Below, in pieces: positions 63,427 through 64,000 of a stretch of DNA of 64,000 nt. Both the position numbers and the translations under genes were made by a program. Under the pieces are notes generated by a model, which saw nothing but the letters and a program-made list of their open reading frames with translations, was not told the DNA's origin and did no database searches. The DNA is from Eledone cirrhosa (Eukaryota): contig OZ024763.1 in NCBI GenBank assembly GCA_964016885.1, positions 25,234,001 through 25,298,000 of the forward strand. Reading direction: 5' to 3'. Numbering within the stretch: position 1 is the first letter of the stretch; each line of letters opens with the position of its first letter.

Positions 63427-63428
<2 letters not shown>
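62958..63428 (-). mobile_element. Tx1/L1-like LINE 3' fragment between two (GATA)n tracts
   Basis: AMAKEVAWWTRLKGLRSDTFLSGQQLILFFKYHF...; AATAAA next to (TATC)n. Confidence 0.72.
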
Positions 63429-63518
<90 letters not shown>

Positions 63519-64000
63519 GTAGGTAGTTAGATAGGTAGATAGATAGGTAGGTTGCAAGTTAAATTGAGAGATGAGTTGATAGGTAAATAGATAGGTAGTT
63601 ACGTTGAGAGGACGATAGATAAAACCAGCTGTCACTAGCAACAATTCTGATGAGACAGGCTATCAGGCGAGCAGACAGGGATATATAGCGAGGCAGGGGA
63701 GTGAGGAAAAGATGGGTGAAAGAAAGGAAACAATACGAGGAAGAAGAAGCAGGCGGAAAGAAAAAAACTGAGCTCTCTAAAATGAGAAGGAAGTATTCGA
63801 GAGGTAACGTGATAGAATAACATCGGCAACAGTGATGCTACTAATGTATGAAAGTCAGATAACGTGCAAAGAAACACATAATATGGATGAAATAGATTGT
63901 AAAATGGATCCTGGAGCCACCATTTATAAATATATTAGACCTCGGACATACACACACATACACAGATTGCACACACATTCAAACATGCACGCTCAGACAC

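Overview
This is non-genic, AT-rich animal genomic DNA. More than half of it is simple repeat ((TA)n, (CA)n, (GATA)n, (GGT/GTT)n, (TACTA)n). The tRNA-derived SINE and the repeat landscape resemble octopus/coleoid cephalopod DNA (inference). I cannot support any host protein-coding exon; almost all listed ORFs are microsatellite artefacts. The short non-microsatellite islands are mostly retroelement relics: two RTE-type LINE families, a Tx1/L1-like LINE 3' end, SINEs, a mariner-type MITE and Helitron-like ends. The dominant hidden signal is about 20 type I hammerhead ribozyme (HHR) motifs with intact or near-intact cores, plus about 7 decayed ones. Most have the short palindromic helix III typical of Penelope-like element (PLE) minimal HHRs. 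They fall into many sequence families, show compensatory changes, and include U3-A8 core variants. They are repeatedly arranged as head-to-head fold-back palindromes with an HHR on each strand and one arm carrying an extra 3' tail, embedded in (TA)n. Two HHRs lie downstream of decayed GIY-YIG-like remnants. All folds were read by eye; no activity was tested.
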